Positions 1 through 10,102 of a stretch of DNA of 64,000 bases are shown here, in pieces. The position numbers and the translations under genes are program-made. Location: positions 1 through 64,000 of the forward strand of contig JBBCKI010000013.1 in NCBI GenBank assembly GCA_037190965.1. Reading direction: 5' to 3'. Numbering within the stretch: the stretch's first letter is position 1; every line of letters begins with the position of its first letter. The notes beneath the pieces were generated by a model. It worked only from the letters and a program-made list of their open reading frames with translations, was not told the DNA's origin and did no database searches. Source of the DNA: Chthoniobacteraceae bacterium. GTDB taxonomy: Bacteria; Verrucomicrobiota; Verrucomicrobiia; Chthoniobacterales; Chthoniobacteraceae.

Positions 1-22
1 CATACCGCCATCAACCTCTGCC

Positions 23-982
23 GTGCCGAAGAAATCCGACACTGAAATTCAGAAACGCTTTGAGGATTTCCTCCGGGTATTACGAAGTCGTGTTTTAAGA
101 GCGTCTCCGGAGAATCCGACCGTCCGTTGTTGGACCTTTAACAACCTGCGGTCTGAAATTGCTTCTGTGATTCGAGCGAATCCCTTTTTGGCCGGTTTGG
201 GCACGGCGGCAGAGATGATCGAGCGGCTGCAGCGCATTGGCTGGATCAAAGTAATACCAGTGGAAAACTCGGGGGCGGCATCGAGGGCATTTTTCCTGGT
301 CGATATGGAGGCGGGCGATGATGCAGTGGTTGACCCCCTGGAATTACTTCAGGCCCTCCGTCCGCGCGGAGTAATCTGTTACTTTAGTGCGGTCAGCTAT
401 TATGAACTAAGTACGCAACAGCCGACGCATCATCACATCGCATGGTTCCCCACGAAACCGGCAAGAGCTTCCAACGCACAAAACGTGCACGTCCCTGGAA
501 ACCGCGAAACCGCCAAATGGAATGCTTTAGGGGTGCTTGAATTTACCTATCAGGGTGTTCCCTGTTTCACAACCAAGCGTGATGCTTCCCTCGTTCCGGG
601 AGTCCAACTGCGTGAAGTGTCGCCACGGAATTGGTTAAGAATCACCACGTTAGAGCAGACGCTTTTGGATACGTTGATGCAGCCTGTTCGCGCGGGAGGA
701 GAAGCGGTCATTTTCGAGGCGTGGGAGAATGCGTTGGACCGGATTGACATTGATCGAATGGTCGAGCATCTCGTTGCGATCGGACGAGAAGATCTGGACC
801 GGAGGGTCGGCGCGATTCTCGAGAGTTTTGATTATGGGCATCCGAACAAGCTGCTTGTGGAGCATATAAACCGAATCACCAGGCGAATGACGGACAATCC
901 AGAGCGGTACCCTACGATTTCTCTTCTGCCGGGTTTCGGCTTTCCGAGTCTGAATGAAAATTGGTATGTTGAGGTTCCATAG
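23..982 (+). CDS. AbiEi-family antitoxin / transcriptional regulator (type IV TA)
   Basis: Motifs ICYFSAVSYYELSTQQP and ITTLEQTLLDTL..P..AGG resemble the AbiEi C-terminal domain; lies directly upstream of an AbiEii-like gene; GTG start. Confidence 0.75.
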   Translation: MPKKSDTEIQKRFEDFLRVLRSRVLRASPENPTVRCWTFNNLRSEIASVIRANPFLAGLGTAAEMIERLQRIGWIKVIPVENSGAASRAFFLVDMEAGDDAVVDPLELLQALRPRGVICYFSAVSYYELSTQQPTHHHIAWFPTKPARASNAQNVHVPGNRETAKWNALGVLEFTYQGVPCFTTKRDASLVPGVQLREVSPRNWLRITTLEQTLLDTLMQPVRAGGEAVIFEAWENALDRIDIDRMVEHLVAIGREDLDRRVGAILESFDYGHPNKLLVEHINRITRRMTDNPERYPTISLLPGFGFPSLNENWYVEVP

Positions 983-1124
983 CACCTTATGATCGATAAA
1001 TAGATAAAATGACGCTTCGAGCTTATCTTCTTGACCCAAGGCTGCGTTGTCAGCCCACGGTGTTATCTTGATAGCTATATGCGCGATTTTCCTCGTACAA
1101 GATACTAGTCGGCAATTTCAGCTC

Positions 1125-1997
1125 ATGAACTCGGAACAGCGGAAAGTTTGGATCGAAAGCGCCCTTCAGGAGGTTTTGCACGCGATGATCAAAGCAGAAA
1201 AGATCCGGGATGCGCTGATTTTCAAAGGAGCCCGTATCCTGAATCTTCACCTTGGTGGGAATCGTGAAAGCCTCGATATTGATTCCAATTTAGCCCCTGA
1301 ACTGGTCGCCTTGGAGCCCGAAGGGAATCAGCAGAAGGCCTTTTTTGAGAAGAATCTTCCTCCCGCGTTGTTCCGTTATTTCGAGCAGCAGCAGCCGGTT
1401 AGGTTTTCCTTGGAGAGCGTACGGGTGGATAAGAAGCCGGCTAGGGGGCATCCTCGTGGCTGGATGGCGTTGCAAATTTCAATTCGCATCAAAGATCATC
1501 ATTATCCTGCTGATCGTAGCCTGCCTGCGATCGAGATTGATGTGGCTGCCCCGGAGTCCCTCGGCGCCTCCGCAGTGGAATTGATGCCCATCCACGGAAT
1601 CGAGACCCGCGTTTATTCTTTGCAGCGGATCGCAGGGGAAAAGCTGCGCGCCTATCTTACCTCACTGTCCGCTTATCGGCGGAAAATGAAATCAACGACC
1701 AGAGCCTTCAGGGTAAAAGATTTGTACGATATCGCACGCATTCTGCGAGCTCGATCTATTCGCAATAAAGAATTTTGGCACATCGCTGCCGGTGAGTTTC
1801 AATTGGCGTGCGAATCGAGACTGGTGGATTGCGAAGGACTCGACACGTTTATGCAAGATTGGAATTTGGCGCGGGAGCGCTACCTGGCGGACGAGAGTCT
1901 GCGGGATATCGATTTTTCCGAAGCGGAGGAGACTTTGAAGCAGGTTGTAGAATGCTTTTCTGAATACGGGATATTCCCGCTCAGATATCCTGTCTAG
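1125..1997 (+). CDS. AbiEii/AbiGii-family nucleotidyltransferase toxin
   Basis: LIFKGARILNL, RESLDID, IAGEKLRA and RVKDLYDI motifs; ATG at 1125 preferred over TTG at 1047. Confidence 0.85.
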   Translation: MNSEQRKVWIESALQEVLHAMIKAEKIRDALIFKGARILNLHLGGNRESLDIDSNLAPELVALEPEGNQQKAFFEKNLPPALFRYFEQQQPVRFSLESVRVDKKPARGHPRGWMALQISIRIKDHHYPADRSLPAIEIDVAAPESLGASAVELMPIHGIETRVYSLQRIAGEKLRAYLTSLSAYRRKMKSTTRAFRVKDLYDIARILRARSIRNKEFWHIAAGEFQLACESRLVDCEGLDTFMQDWNLARERYLADESLRDIDFSEAEETLKQVVECFSEYGIFPLRYPV

Positions 1998-2195
1998 CCC
2001 AGGCCGAGATGAGGCTGGGACAGCGCTCCGTAGATTTGGCGCACGATTGAAACCGTGTCTGCATGAGCGTCGAGTCCAAGTTTGGTTACACCGGATTTTT
2101 GCGGTTCGTCAACGATGTTTCTACAATGAGTGTTGGGCAGTTTTCTTTCTCACTGGGTAAGATACGTCAGCTTGCTCGCCTGCCCAATACGCATA

Positions 2196-3293
2196 TCATC
2201 CATCTTGCGCGCATTGGTCTCTCAAAACCGCCTCCATTTTTGCCAGAAAACATTCTGCAGAAAATTGCTCCGCATGCGCGCGGATGCTTGCGGAGTTCCA
2301 TGACGCAGTTTCCAGGCGCTCCGTGGCGGCGAGAAGGCAATCCTCGGTCGGCTCCGCGAAGAAGACGCCGGTGGTGGCTTCGATCACCGTCTCCAGCGCG
2401 CCGCCTTTGCCCAGCGCGATAATAGGCTTTCCGCACGCCATCGCTTCCACCGGGGTGATGCCGAAATCTTCGTGACCCGGGAAGACAAACGCCCGGCACC
2501 GTTCGTAATGCGACAGCGTCTCCTCATCCGAAAGACGCCCGGCGATGCGCACCGTCGGGCCTGCCAACCGTTCCAGTGCGGCACGCTGCGGGCCGTCGCC
2601 GATCACGATCAGCTTTCGCCCGGTCGCCGAAAAGGCACGCACGGCGAGATCGACATTCTTGTAACCGACCAGTCGCGAGACGATGAGGTAGAAGCCATCG
2701 TCCTGTCGAGAGAGTTGGAAGCGGTTCGTCTGGACGGGCGGATGAATCACCGTCGATTCCCGTCCATAAAACCGGCGGATCCGCTCCTGCACGTTGCTGG
2801 AGTTTGCAACGATGACATCCATCCGTTGCGCGGCCTCGCGGTCGTAGTGGCGAAGCGTCGGCAGCACGGCACGCACCGCACAGTTGAGCAATGGGTTGCC
2901 GACTTCATGATCGACATAGTCATCGGTCTGCCAAAGAAACCGCGTCGGGTTATGCATATAGCAAACGGTGCGCGTGCCGGGGGCGAACCGGAGGAACTTG
3001 GCAAACGTGCTGGTGCTGATCCACGCGGTCTCCGCCTCGATTGGCCCGAAGGAGCGGAACGCGGCGGGGTAGAACGGGAAATACTTTTTGAAATGCGTGT
3101 GGCTTTCGATGAACGGAGCGTGCTGCAACCAGGAGGTGCGGATGTCCGCGTCTTCGAAATCGCTCCAAAGCGTCCTGCGGCAAACCGCGCTGGTATAGAT
3201 CGGCGCTTGCGGGAAACGCCGGTGCATCGTGGCGACCACGCGTTCCGCGCCGCCCATCTGGATCAGGTAGTCATGAGCAAGCACCAGCTTCAT
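2196..3293 (-). CDS. GT4 glycosyltransferase
   Basis: MKLVLAHDYLIQMGGAERV N-terminus and EDFGITPVEAMACGKP motif; ATGA overlap with the upstream gene at 3290-3293. Confidence 0.9.
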   Translation of the reverse strand: MKLVLAHDYLIQMGGAERVVATMHRRFPQAPIYTSAVCRRTLWSDFEDADIRTSWLQHAPFIESHTHFKKYFPFYPAAFRSFGPIEAETAWISTSTFAKFLRFAPGTRTVCYMHNPTRFLWQTDDYVDHEVGNPLLNCAVRAVLPTLRHYDREAAQRMDVIVANSSNVQERIRRFYGRESTVIHPPVQTNRFQLSRQDDGFYLIVSRLVGYKNVDLAVRAFSATGRKLIVIGDGPQRAALERLAGPTVRIAGRLSDEETLSHYERCRAFVFPGHEDFGITPVEAMACGKPIIALGKGGALETVIEATTGVFFAEPTEDCLLAATERLETASWNSASIRAHAEQFSAECFLAKMEAVLRDQCAQDG

Positions 3294-4447
3294 CGGGAGA
3301 TTTTTCTTTTTTGCAGAACCGAGTCGATGACCCTGGCGGTTTGATCCAGGATCAATGGGAGCGAATAGAGCCGCTCGGCTCGCGCCCGGCCTTCGCGGCC
3401 CATGGTCTCGCAAAGCTCCGGGGAGTCGATAAGCTTTCGGATGGCCGAAACGAGCGCGACGGGGGCGGCGGGCGGAATCAGGAATCCGGTTTTCCCGTGA
3501 TCAACAATCTCCATCGGGCCGCCTGCTCGCGAGGCGATGAGCGGCTTCCCCGCCAGCATCGCTTCCACCAGTACTCTGCCGAACGGTTCCGGAGCCACCG
3601 AACAATGCGCCACCACATCGGCGGCTTTCATCAAGGCGGTGACGTCGCTGCGGAAACCGAGGAACCGGACGCGCCCGCCAAGGCCCTCGGCCATTGCCTG
3701 CACTTCTTTTGCATAGGCATGGTCGTCCCCGGTAAATAGTGCGTCGCCGATGATCCAGATCGTGACTTCGGGGAGGCATTCCGCGGCGTGAAGCAGGACA
3801 TCCTGCCCTTTCCATCGGGATAGCCGTCCGAAGATGGCGATGACGGGCCGGCCCTCCGGGTTGAACTCGCGCCGCAGCGTCTCCACCTCTCCGGCAGTGA
3901 CGGCATCGGCCAGAGCGGGGTCGAAGCCGTTGGGGATCACATGAACCGGCGCGCGTCCTCCCTTGGCGATAAAGGCGTCCGCCGTGGCCTGGGAATTGGC
4001 GATCACCGCGTCGGTGCGATTGGCCGCCCCGACAAGCAGCCGGATGTTGAGCGGGGTGAAATGCGTTTCATCCAGCAGATCGTGAAGATGAAAAACACTA
4101 GGCTTTCCAAGAAGGGTATTGGCAGCGGTGCCGTAAAGAAGCGCCTTGGCGGTGTTGAAATAGACCAGGCTTGCCGCCCGGAGTTTTTTGCGCAGGCCGA
4201 GTCCGTAACCAGCCAGCGCGGGAAGCGTGCGCGCCAGCGTGGCAACAGAAGCGCCTTTGGTCACGCGGGCGAGCGAGGCGGGGAGGGGATGAAGATCGAC
4301 CGTGACTCCACGTTCCCGCAAGGTTTCGGCGAACGGACCGTCGGAGAGGAGGAGAACCTGCCCGGTCTCGCGATAACGATGCGCCACGTCGGCAAGGCAC
4401 AGCTCCGCGCCTCCCAACTGGCCGCTTTGGTCGATGAATAGGATCAT
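3290..4447 (-). CDS. GT4 glycosyltransferase
   Basis: GGAE N-terminal motif, GRLSRWKG, EPFGRVLVEAMLAGKP. Confidence 0.9.
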   Translation of the reverse strand: MILFIDQSGQLGGAELCLADVAHRYRETGQVLLLSDGPFAETLRERGVTVDLHPLPASLARVTKGASVATLARTLPALAGYGLGLRKKLRAASLVYFNTAKALLYGTAANTLLGKPSVFHLHDLLDETHFTPLNIRLLVGAANRTDAVIANSQATADAFIAKGGRAPVHVIPNGFDPALADAVTAGEVETLRREFNPEGRPVIAIFGRLSRWKGQDVLLHAAECLPEVTIWIIGDALFTGDDHAYAKEVQAMAEGLGGRVRFLGFRSDVTALMKAADVVAHCSVAPEPFGRVLVEAMLAGKPLIASRAGGPMEIVDHGKTGFLIPPAAPVALVSAIRKLIDSPELCETMGREGRARAERLYSLPLILDQTARVIDSVLQKRKISR

Positions 4448-5568
4448 CGGGCAGCCTCCCTGGCTTTTTTATAAACCTCCAACACGCGCCGGGCGACGGC
4501 AGGCCAGCCGAAGTTCGCCTCCGCGTATTCCCGGCATTGGGCGGGAGTGGGGAGGGAGCCCGCGAAGCCGCGCCGCAGTCCGCCTGCCAAGGCTTCCGGC
4601 GTGCTTGCAGGCATGACTAGTGAGGGGTCGAGCCCCCTAATCGTCTCCGGAAGGCCACCCACCGGTGTAACCAGCACTGGTGTTCCGCTGGCTAGTGATT
4701 CGAGGGTGATGAGGCCGAATCCCTCCAATGCCACTGACGGGACAATGGTGAAGTCCGCCGCCGCATAGGCCAGCGGCAGATCCGCATCGGGGATGAACCC
4801 CGCAAACTTTATCCGCTCCGAAAGCCCGAGGGTATGAACGCGGGTTTGCAATTCGTCGGCAAGCGGGCCTCTGCCGCCCAGCACCAATAACGCTTCGGGA
4901 TGCGTGGCGCTCACCGCTGCAAACGCGTCGATCAGGTTCTCCAACCCCATGCGGCGCACCAGTCGCCGAATGCAAAAGACAATCGGGCGTTCCGTCGGCC
5001 AACCCAGGCGCTGCCGCGCCTCCGCGCGGGGGCAGACGGGGCGGAACCGGTCGAGGTCGACGCCGCCCGGGACGATGGAGATCTTTTCGCTAGTGACGCC
5101 ATAGTGTTGAACAAGAATGTCCCGGAACGCGCCTGAAAGGGTGATGAGCCGGTCTGCCGAAGCATAGACACGCCGCTCGAGGAGCCGTTTTGCGGCGACC
5201 ACCCAGCGTGACTCGCCTTCGCCGGCGGATTCTTCGGCCCAAGGGCCATGAAAATGGACGACGTGCGTTTTTCTGTTTTTCTTCAGCGCGCCGAGGAGGG
5301 GGTATGCATAGAGCGCGAAATGCGTGGCGAGGAGGTCGTGGGAATCAAGGACGCCCCCGGTCAGCCCGCGAACCGCGCCGTACCGCTTCAAGAGTCCCAA
5401 AGGGCCCACGCCGAGCGAAAGGTGCGCTGCGTCGCCGCCCGTCTCGCCGAAAGCGGCGGCGGTGAACTGTGCGTTGTTTTGGGCCAACCCTTGCAGTAGT
5501 CCCGCGAAGTAGCGATCCGCGCCGCCACCAGCCGGGTCGAAATGCATCCCGAGTTCCAGAATTTTCAT
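4444..5568 (-). CDS. GT4 glycosyltransferase
   Basis: HFHGPWAEE, RRLVRRMG, EGFGLITLESLASGTP. Confidence 0.9.
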   Translation of the reverse strand: MKILELGMHFDPAGGGADRYFAGLLQGLAQNNAQFTAAAFGETGGDAAHLSLGVGPLGLLKRYGAVRGLTGGVLDSHDLLATHFALYAYPLLGALKKNRKTHVVHFHGPWAEESAGEGESRWVVAAKRLLERRVYASADRLITLSGAFRDILVQHYGVTSEKISIVPGGVDLDRFRPVCPRAEARQRLGWPTERPIVFCIRRLVRRMGLENLIDAFAAVSATHPEALLVLGGRGPLADELQTRVHTLGLSERIKFAGFIPDADLPLAYAAADFTIVPSVALEGFGLITLESLASGTPVLVTPVGGLPETIRGLDPSLVMPASTPEALAGGLRRGFAGSLPTPAQCREYAEANFGWPAVARRVLEVYKKAREAAR

Positions 5569-5623
5569 GGGTTGATGAGGGTGGATGATTGAGTTCTACC
5601 CAAAAAGAAGGGAGCCAAGCGTG

Positions 5624-5723
5624 AAAGCTGTGGAAAACCACAGCACTCCAAGACGCTGCCGCGAGGCTCCATGTGCCTGTGCCGCGCGCCAGCGCCTTGG
5701 AGTGCGGCGGTCTCCGCCGCCTT
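5624..5723. repeat. REP-doublet-like palindromic element, family B (TTGGAGTGC + hairpin arms)
   Basis: AAAGCTGTGGAAAACCACAGCACTCCAAG ... CTTGGAGTGCGGCGGTCTCCGCCGCCTT: inverted arms, each carrying a small hairpin; intergenic. Confidence 0.6.
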
Positions 5724-5845
5724 CGTGCGCAGGGAGTGCCTTCGAATTCCAGTGCAAACTCCATTCGGATTGACGATGAGGAAGCCCGTTTGTGGGTTCA
5801 TGTCCAAGCCTCCGCCTTTGCCGGAGGTTTCTGACTCTTGCCTGG

Positions 5846-6922
5846 TCATGAAATCAGCAGGTCATTGACGAACGCGCCGACTCTCGCGATCTGCGAGTCG
5901 CGATCGAAGAGGGTTCGGAGGTTGGGGATGCATTGCCGTTTGGCTTCGAGGCTTTCCGCGGTTAGCGATTCGAGCAGGCTTACCAGTTCGGCGAGATACC
6001 GCTCGTCCCAAGGCGCGCTGCCGGGGAGTCGCCACATCCACCCTTCGCCAAGGTCGTAGGCCATCGGCACCTGGTTGGTGATGACGGGGAGGCGTGCCCC
6101 GGCGTATTCGGGGAGTTTCGTGGTATAACGGTACGAGCCGACGCCGTCCACGCTCTGCGGCAGGCTGGCGGCATCCATCGCAGAGAGCGCGGGCATCACG
6201 CGTTCCAGCGGGACGGAGCCCGGGATGAAAATCGTCTTGCCAAGGGCATCGCCCGCCTCGGCGCGCAGCCGCTCCAGCCCGGAGCCGCCCCCGACGATCA
6301 ACGCGCAGAGATCGTTGCGCCGGAGCCGCTTCATCGCCTTGACCAGATCAAGCCCGTAGCAGTAGTTCCGGTGCGGGTTCCACTCCAGGGCCCCGACAAT
6401 GCCGACCACCAGTTTGTCCTGCGGGATTCCCCATTCTTGACGCATTGCCGTACGGCAATCGGGAGGGAGGTCCGCATTGCCGCCGATCACCCACCCTTCG
6501 GCGGTCACGGCGCGCGGAGCCCCGAAGGCCATTGCCCGCCCGCAGAGGTAAGGGGTCCACCCGATGAAACCGGCGGAGGCCCGGCAGAGGACGCGTTCGT
6601 ACAGTTCGAAAAGCAACCCGGCAATCGGGTGATGAGCGCGGATGAACGGCCCCACGGCATCGCCGCTGCTGACCAAATAGGGAATTCCGAGAAACAATCG
6701 CGCGGCGATGCAAACCAGCCCGCCGCCGATGCCGGTCCCTTCCATCACGATGAGGCGCGGCTTTTTCTCCTGCACCTGACTCCAAAGGCCGAGGAAACTC
6801 TGGAGCTTTGCGCCTTTGTTGAAGGGGAGTTCCTCCGTCGTCTCCTGCGCGCGGCTCAATAGTGTCTGGATGCGCGCGGCTTCATTGGTGCCGCTTCCTT
6901 TGGTGGCAAACCAGGCGATCAT
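5846..6922 (-). CDS. GT-B fold (GT4-like) glycosyltransferase
   Basis: Likely start MIAWFATKG at 6922 (ATGA overlap); GIVGAL, IVGGGSG, TTKLPEYAGARLPVI motifs. Confidence 0.8.
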   Translation of the reverse strand: MIAWFATKGSGTNEAARIQTLLSRAQETTEELPFNKGAKLQSFLGLWSQVQEKKPRLIVMEGTGIGGGLVCIAARLFLGIPYLVSSGDAVGPFIRAHHPIAGLLFELYERVLCRASAGFIGWTPYLCGRAMAFGAPRAVTAEGWVIGGNADLPPDCRTAMRQEWGIPQDKLVVGIVGALEWNPHRNYCYGLDLVKAMKRLRRNDLCALIVGGGSGLERLRAEAGDALGKTIFIPGSVPLERVMPALSAMDAASLPQSVDGVGSYRYTTKLPEYAGARLPVITNQVPMAYDLGEGWMWRLPGSAPWDERYLAELVSLLESLTAESLEAKRQCIPNLRTLFDRDSQIARVGAFVNDLLIS

Positions 6923-8097
6923 GTTGCTTGCGGCTTTTGGGCGCTGAGGTGGTCGATGTACGCCTCCTCCGTGAGGGTCGTGATGCGGTCCCACGTGTAA
7001 TTCTCCTCCACCAGTTGCCGCGCTTTCACGCCCATGGCTCGCCGGGTTTCCGCGTTGGCGAGGAGCGGCTCCAGCGTGGCGGCGATGTGCGCCGGGTCGT
7101 GCTCGACGAATTCTCCCGTGATCCCCGGCTGGATGAAATCCTCGGTGCCGTTGATCCTCGGCGCGATGATCGGCAGGCCGCAGGCGGCGGCCTCGATACT
7201 CGCGAGGCTGAACGCCTCGTAGTGGCTGGGGAAAAGGAAGAGATCGCTCGCCGCCATGGCCGTCGCGATGTCGCTGCGGAAGCCGCCGAAAATCACGCGA
7301 TCTCCCGCGCCGGAGGCAACGGCGAGCGCCTTGAAGCGCTCCCGGTCCGGGTCGTCGCCCGCCACGAAGAGTTTCACCTCGGCGCGCTTGATTTTCCCGA
7401 TGGCTTCGATGGCAAGGTCGAGCCCTTTGCGGCCCCATTCCCCGCCGGAAAAAATGGAGACGATATCGTCGTCCTTGAGCCCCTGCGCGGCTCGCCAGCA
7501 GCGGCGTTCCTCCGGGGTGATCGGGCGGAAAAGCGTCGTGTCCGCCGCGTTGGGGATGATCCGCACCGGCGCGTCGCCGATCCGGTAATACTTATGGAGT
7601 TCCGCCGAGACACCCCGCGAGACCGGCAGGAACATCGGGGAGCGATGTCCGGCGCGCGCCGTATAAAGCTTGCGCTCGGCGTTTGAGGTGGTCCGCAGGT
7701 AAAGCCAGCGGGTGAACCGGCGCGCCGGGGAGATTTTTTCGCGTTCCGCCTGCCATTTCAGGATCTCCATCTTCGCGGGCTGGATGTTCTGGATCGTGAC
7801 CACGTTGGCCGCCAGCGTGTTGCAGCCGATGGAGTGAACGATGTCGAAATCATGCCGCTTGAGCCACTGGTTGGTCAGGATGTGGTAGCTCCCGAAGTCG
7901 GCCACTTCCGGCCAGGTGAGCCCAGGGACGCGGTGCCACCGGATCTCGCTCAGGTCCAGGTCCTCCGCCTTGCGCGCGAAAAGGTGGACGGAGTGGCCCC
8001 GTTTCGCCAGCCGTTCGGCGACTTCGTTGACCGCGCGGGCGCTGCCGTCCCGGCGGTTGCAGTTGATCATGGCAAAGGCGATTTTCAAAGGTGTCAC
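6919..8097 (-). CDS. GT4 glycosyltransferase
   Basis: RKGLDLAI and FPSHYEAFSLASIEAAACGLP; GTG start at 8097 chosen (alternative ATG 8070). Confidence 0.88.
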   Translation of the reverse strand: MTPLKIAFAMINCNRRDGSARAVNEVAERLAKRGHSVHLFARKAEDLDLSEIRWHRVPGLTWPEVADFGSYHILTNQWLKRHDFDIVHSIGCNTLAANVVTIQNIQPAKMEILKWQAEREKISPARRFTRWLYLRTTSNAERKLYTARAGHRSPMFLPVSRGVSAELHKYYRIGDAPVRIIPNAADTTLFRPITPEERRCWRAAQGLKDDDIVSIFSGGEWGRKGLDLAIEAIGKIKRAEVKLFVAGDDPDRERFKALAVASGAGDRVIFGGFRSDIATAMAASDLFLFPSHYEAFSLASIEAAACGLPIIAPRINGTEDFIQPGITGEFVEHDPAHIAATLEPLLANAETRRAMGVKARQLVEENYTWDRITTLTEEAYIDHLSAQKPQAT

Positions 8098-8111
8098 AGG
8101 AAATACAGGAA

Positions 8112-9503
8112 TTACACCGGGGGCTGGGTGATGGGAAGGTTTGGGGGAAGGTTTGGCACAGTTTTTTTGGTCTGCCGCTGTTCCAACAGGGCCTGCCGAC
8201 GGCGGAATTGATGGAAGCCCCATGGGCAGAGGGCCGCGCCGAAGACGATCCAGAGCAGCGAGAACCCATTGAGGAAGTTGCCGACCATGGTGGCGGGGAT
8301 GAGCACGATCATGAACGTGCGCGCGAGCATTACCGGGCCGGTGCGGTATCCCGCGCGGTAGCGGCGCGAAAGTTCCTTCCAGATGCCCCAGATGGCATGG
8401 AAGTAAAACGCGCCGCCAATCAGGCCGAAGGTGGAAAGAATGTCGAAATACCCGGCGTCGACGATGGTGGCCTGTCCTTCGAGGGAGTTGGTATTGACAC
8501 GTCCGGCGATCCCCGTCGCGCCGAGGCCGTAGCCGAGGGGGTTGGAGATAATCTGGTTGAGCCCGACCTTGCGGAGTTCCGCCCGGCCTTTGTAGGAGCC
8601 GTCCTCCTGCATGTTGCCGAGCGTTTCAAATCGCTTGGTGACCCGCTCCGCACCGGGCATTCTTCCCATTCCGAAGCTGAGCGCTCCCATCAGCACCGCC
8701 ATCCCGAGGATGACATGAAGCCCGCCCGACCCTCGGTTGATAAGGAGATGAACGAACACGGACAATACGGCGATGATGACGCCCGAGCGGGCGAGAGTCA
8801 GCAGCAGAACGGAAAAGACGAGGATCACTCCCAGCCAGCTCAACGAGGTTCTCCATTTGGGGGAGATGATCATTGCGGCTACTGCAAACGCGAGATACGC
8901 CGCGAGAGGGCCGCGCTCCGCCATGGTTGAAAAGACGGTCATCTCCGTCGGCCGAAGCTGCCCGAGGTAGCCGACGAAACCGACCGCCTTTACCCAGAAG
9001 GCGTCCCAGGGAGGGATCGTCAGGTATTGAAACCAGCCATAGGCGCTGGCGAGAATCGCGCACCAGGCCGCCGTGCGAATCCATCGGTCGCGCACTTGCG
9101 GATGGGCTGATGCCGTAAGAATGAAGCCGAAAGCGCCAACGGGAGCGATTGCCTCGGCAAGGGCGTAGACGGCTCCAAACTGGATCCGGAAAAAGCCGAT
9201 CACAAAGGCGTACCCCAGGGCTGCGGAAAGGGAAACAAAGATGGCCTTGATCGGTTGCGGAAGCTGCCGGTATTGCGGCAGGAAGGGGATGAACATTAGG
9301 CAGCCAACGATCAACGGCGTCAGGCTGATGGGCGACAGCCGGTTGAACGCTCCCGCATCCCAGTCGAGGAAACGCCGCAGCCCCCGGTTGAACACAAAGA
9401 CAACCAGCGCGTAGTCCACAAGCCACGTCGAACGCTTCAGGGCCAGGGCGGCCCCAAATCCGACGATGAACAGCGTAATAATCCAGGACAGCACGGCCCC
9501 CAT
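8112..9503 (-). CDS. O-antigen ligase / Wzy polymerase-like membrane protein
   Basis: Many TM segments, TLARSG motif, periplasmic loop with NPLGYGLG; first gene of the GT cluster. Confidence 0.75.
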   Translation of the reverse strand: MGAVLSWIITLFIVGFGAALALKRSTWLVDYALVVFVFNRGLRRFLDWDAGAFNRLSPISLTPLIVGCLMFIPFLPQYRQLPQPIKAIFVSLSAALGYAFVIGFFRIQFGAVYALAEAIAPVGAFGFILTASAHPQVRDRWIRTAAWCAILASAYGWFQYLTIPPWDAFWVKAVGFVGYLGQLRPTEMTVFSTMAERGPLAAYLAFAVAAMIISPKWRTSLSWLGVILVFSVLLLTLARSGVIIAVLSVFVHLLINRGSGGLHVILGMAVLMGALSFGMGRMPGAERVTKRFETLGNMQEDGSYKGRAELRKVGLNQIISNPLGYGLGATGIAGRVNTNSLEGQATIVDAGYFDILSTFGLIGGAFYFHAIWGIWKELSRRYRAGYRTGPVMLARTFMIVLIPATMVGNFLNGFSLLWIVFGAALCPWGFHQFRRRQALLEQRQTKKTVPNLPPNLPITQPPV

Positions 9504-9573
9504 TTCCTAATCGCCAGAGGGAAGGTGGATCAAGGGAAAACCGGAAAGAAGGCGTTGCCGCGCCAGAAGGCCA

Positions 9574-9603
9574 GGCAGACCCCGGTCTCGCCGAAAGCGC
9601 GGG
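9574..9603 (+). repeat. Degenerate single arm of family A GTAG-type REP
   Basis: GGCAGACCCCGGTCTCGCCGAAAGCGCGGG versus consensus GGTAGNCCGCTCTCGCCGAGAGCGCGGG. Confidence 0.55.
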
Positions 9604-9676
9604 TGTCCTCACCTCTTCGATGGGAAAAAACGATTTTTTGAGTCAAAAACCGCGCGAAGAATGGTAATCTGGAATC

Positions 9677-10102
9677 ATGCCTCAAAATCCCGACATCCGT
9701 TGGCGGCAACGTTTACAGAGCTTCCGTAGAGCTCACCGGCAACTGTCCGACGCCGTCGTTTTGGCCGGGAAGCGGAAGCTCTCCGAATTGGAGCAGCAGG
9801 GGCTGATCCAAGCCTTCGAATTCACCCACGAGCTTGCATGGAATATGATGAAGGATTTTTTGGAGTCGCACGGAGCAATCGATCTCTACGGTTCCAAGGA
9901 TGCCACCCGGCAGGCATTCGCCAAGGGGTTGATTGAGAATGGTGAAGTTTGGATGCAGATGATCAAAAGTCGAAATCAAACGACTCACACTTACAATCAA
10001 AGCACGGCTAACATGATCGGCAAGGCAATCGTTTCCAGTTACCTGGCTGAGTTTGATCAGTTTCTCCGGCGGTTTACCGAGTTGGAGGTGAACGAGCCAT
10101 GA
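9677..10102 (+). CDS. HEPN protein, HI0074 / nucleotidyltransferase substrate-binding family (HepT-like toxin)
   Basis: DIRWRQR, GLIQAFEFTHELAW, and RNQTTHTY = R-x4-H-x-Y motif. Confidence 0.88.
   Translation: MPQNPDIRWRQRLQSFRRAHRQLSDAVVLAGKRKLSELEQQGLIQAFEFTHELAWNMMKDFLESHGAIDLYGSKDATRQAFAKGLIENGEVWMQMIKSRNQTTHTYNQSTANMIGKAIVSSYLAEFDQFLRRFTELEVNEP

Noticed and set aside
1998..2195. tRNA or att site at the AbiE boundary
   Set aside because: No cloverleaf, T-loop or direct repeat recognisable; only an 11-bp imperfect inverted repeat
6923..7438. N-terminal extension of the 530-aa ORF
   Set aside because: Overlaps the upstream GT in another frame; the real start is the ATGA-coupled ATG at 6922
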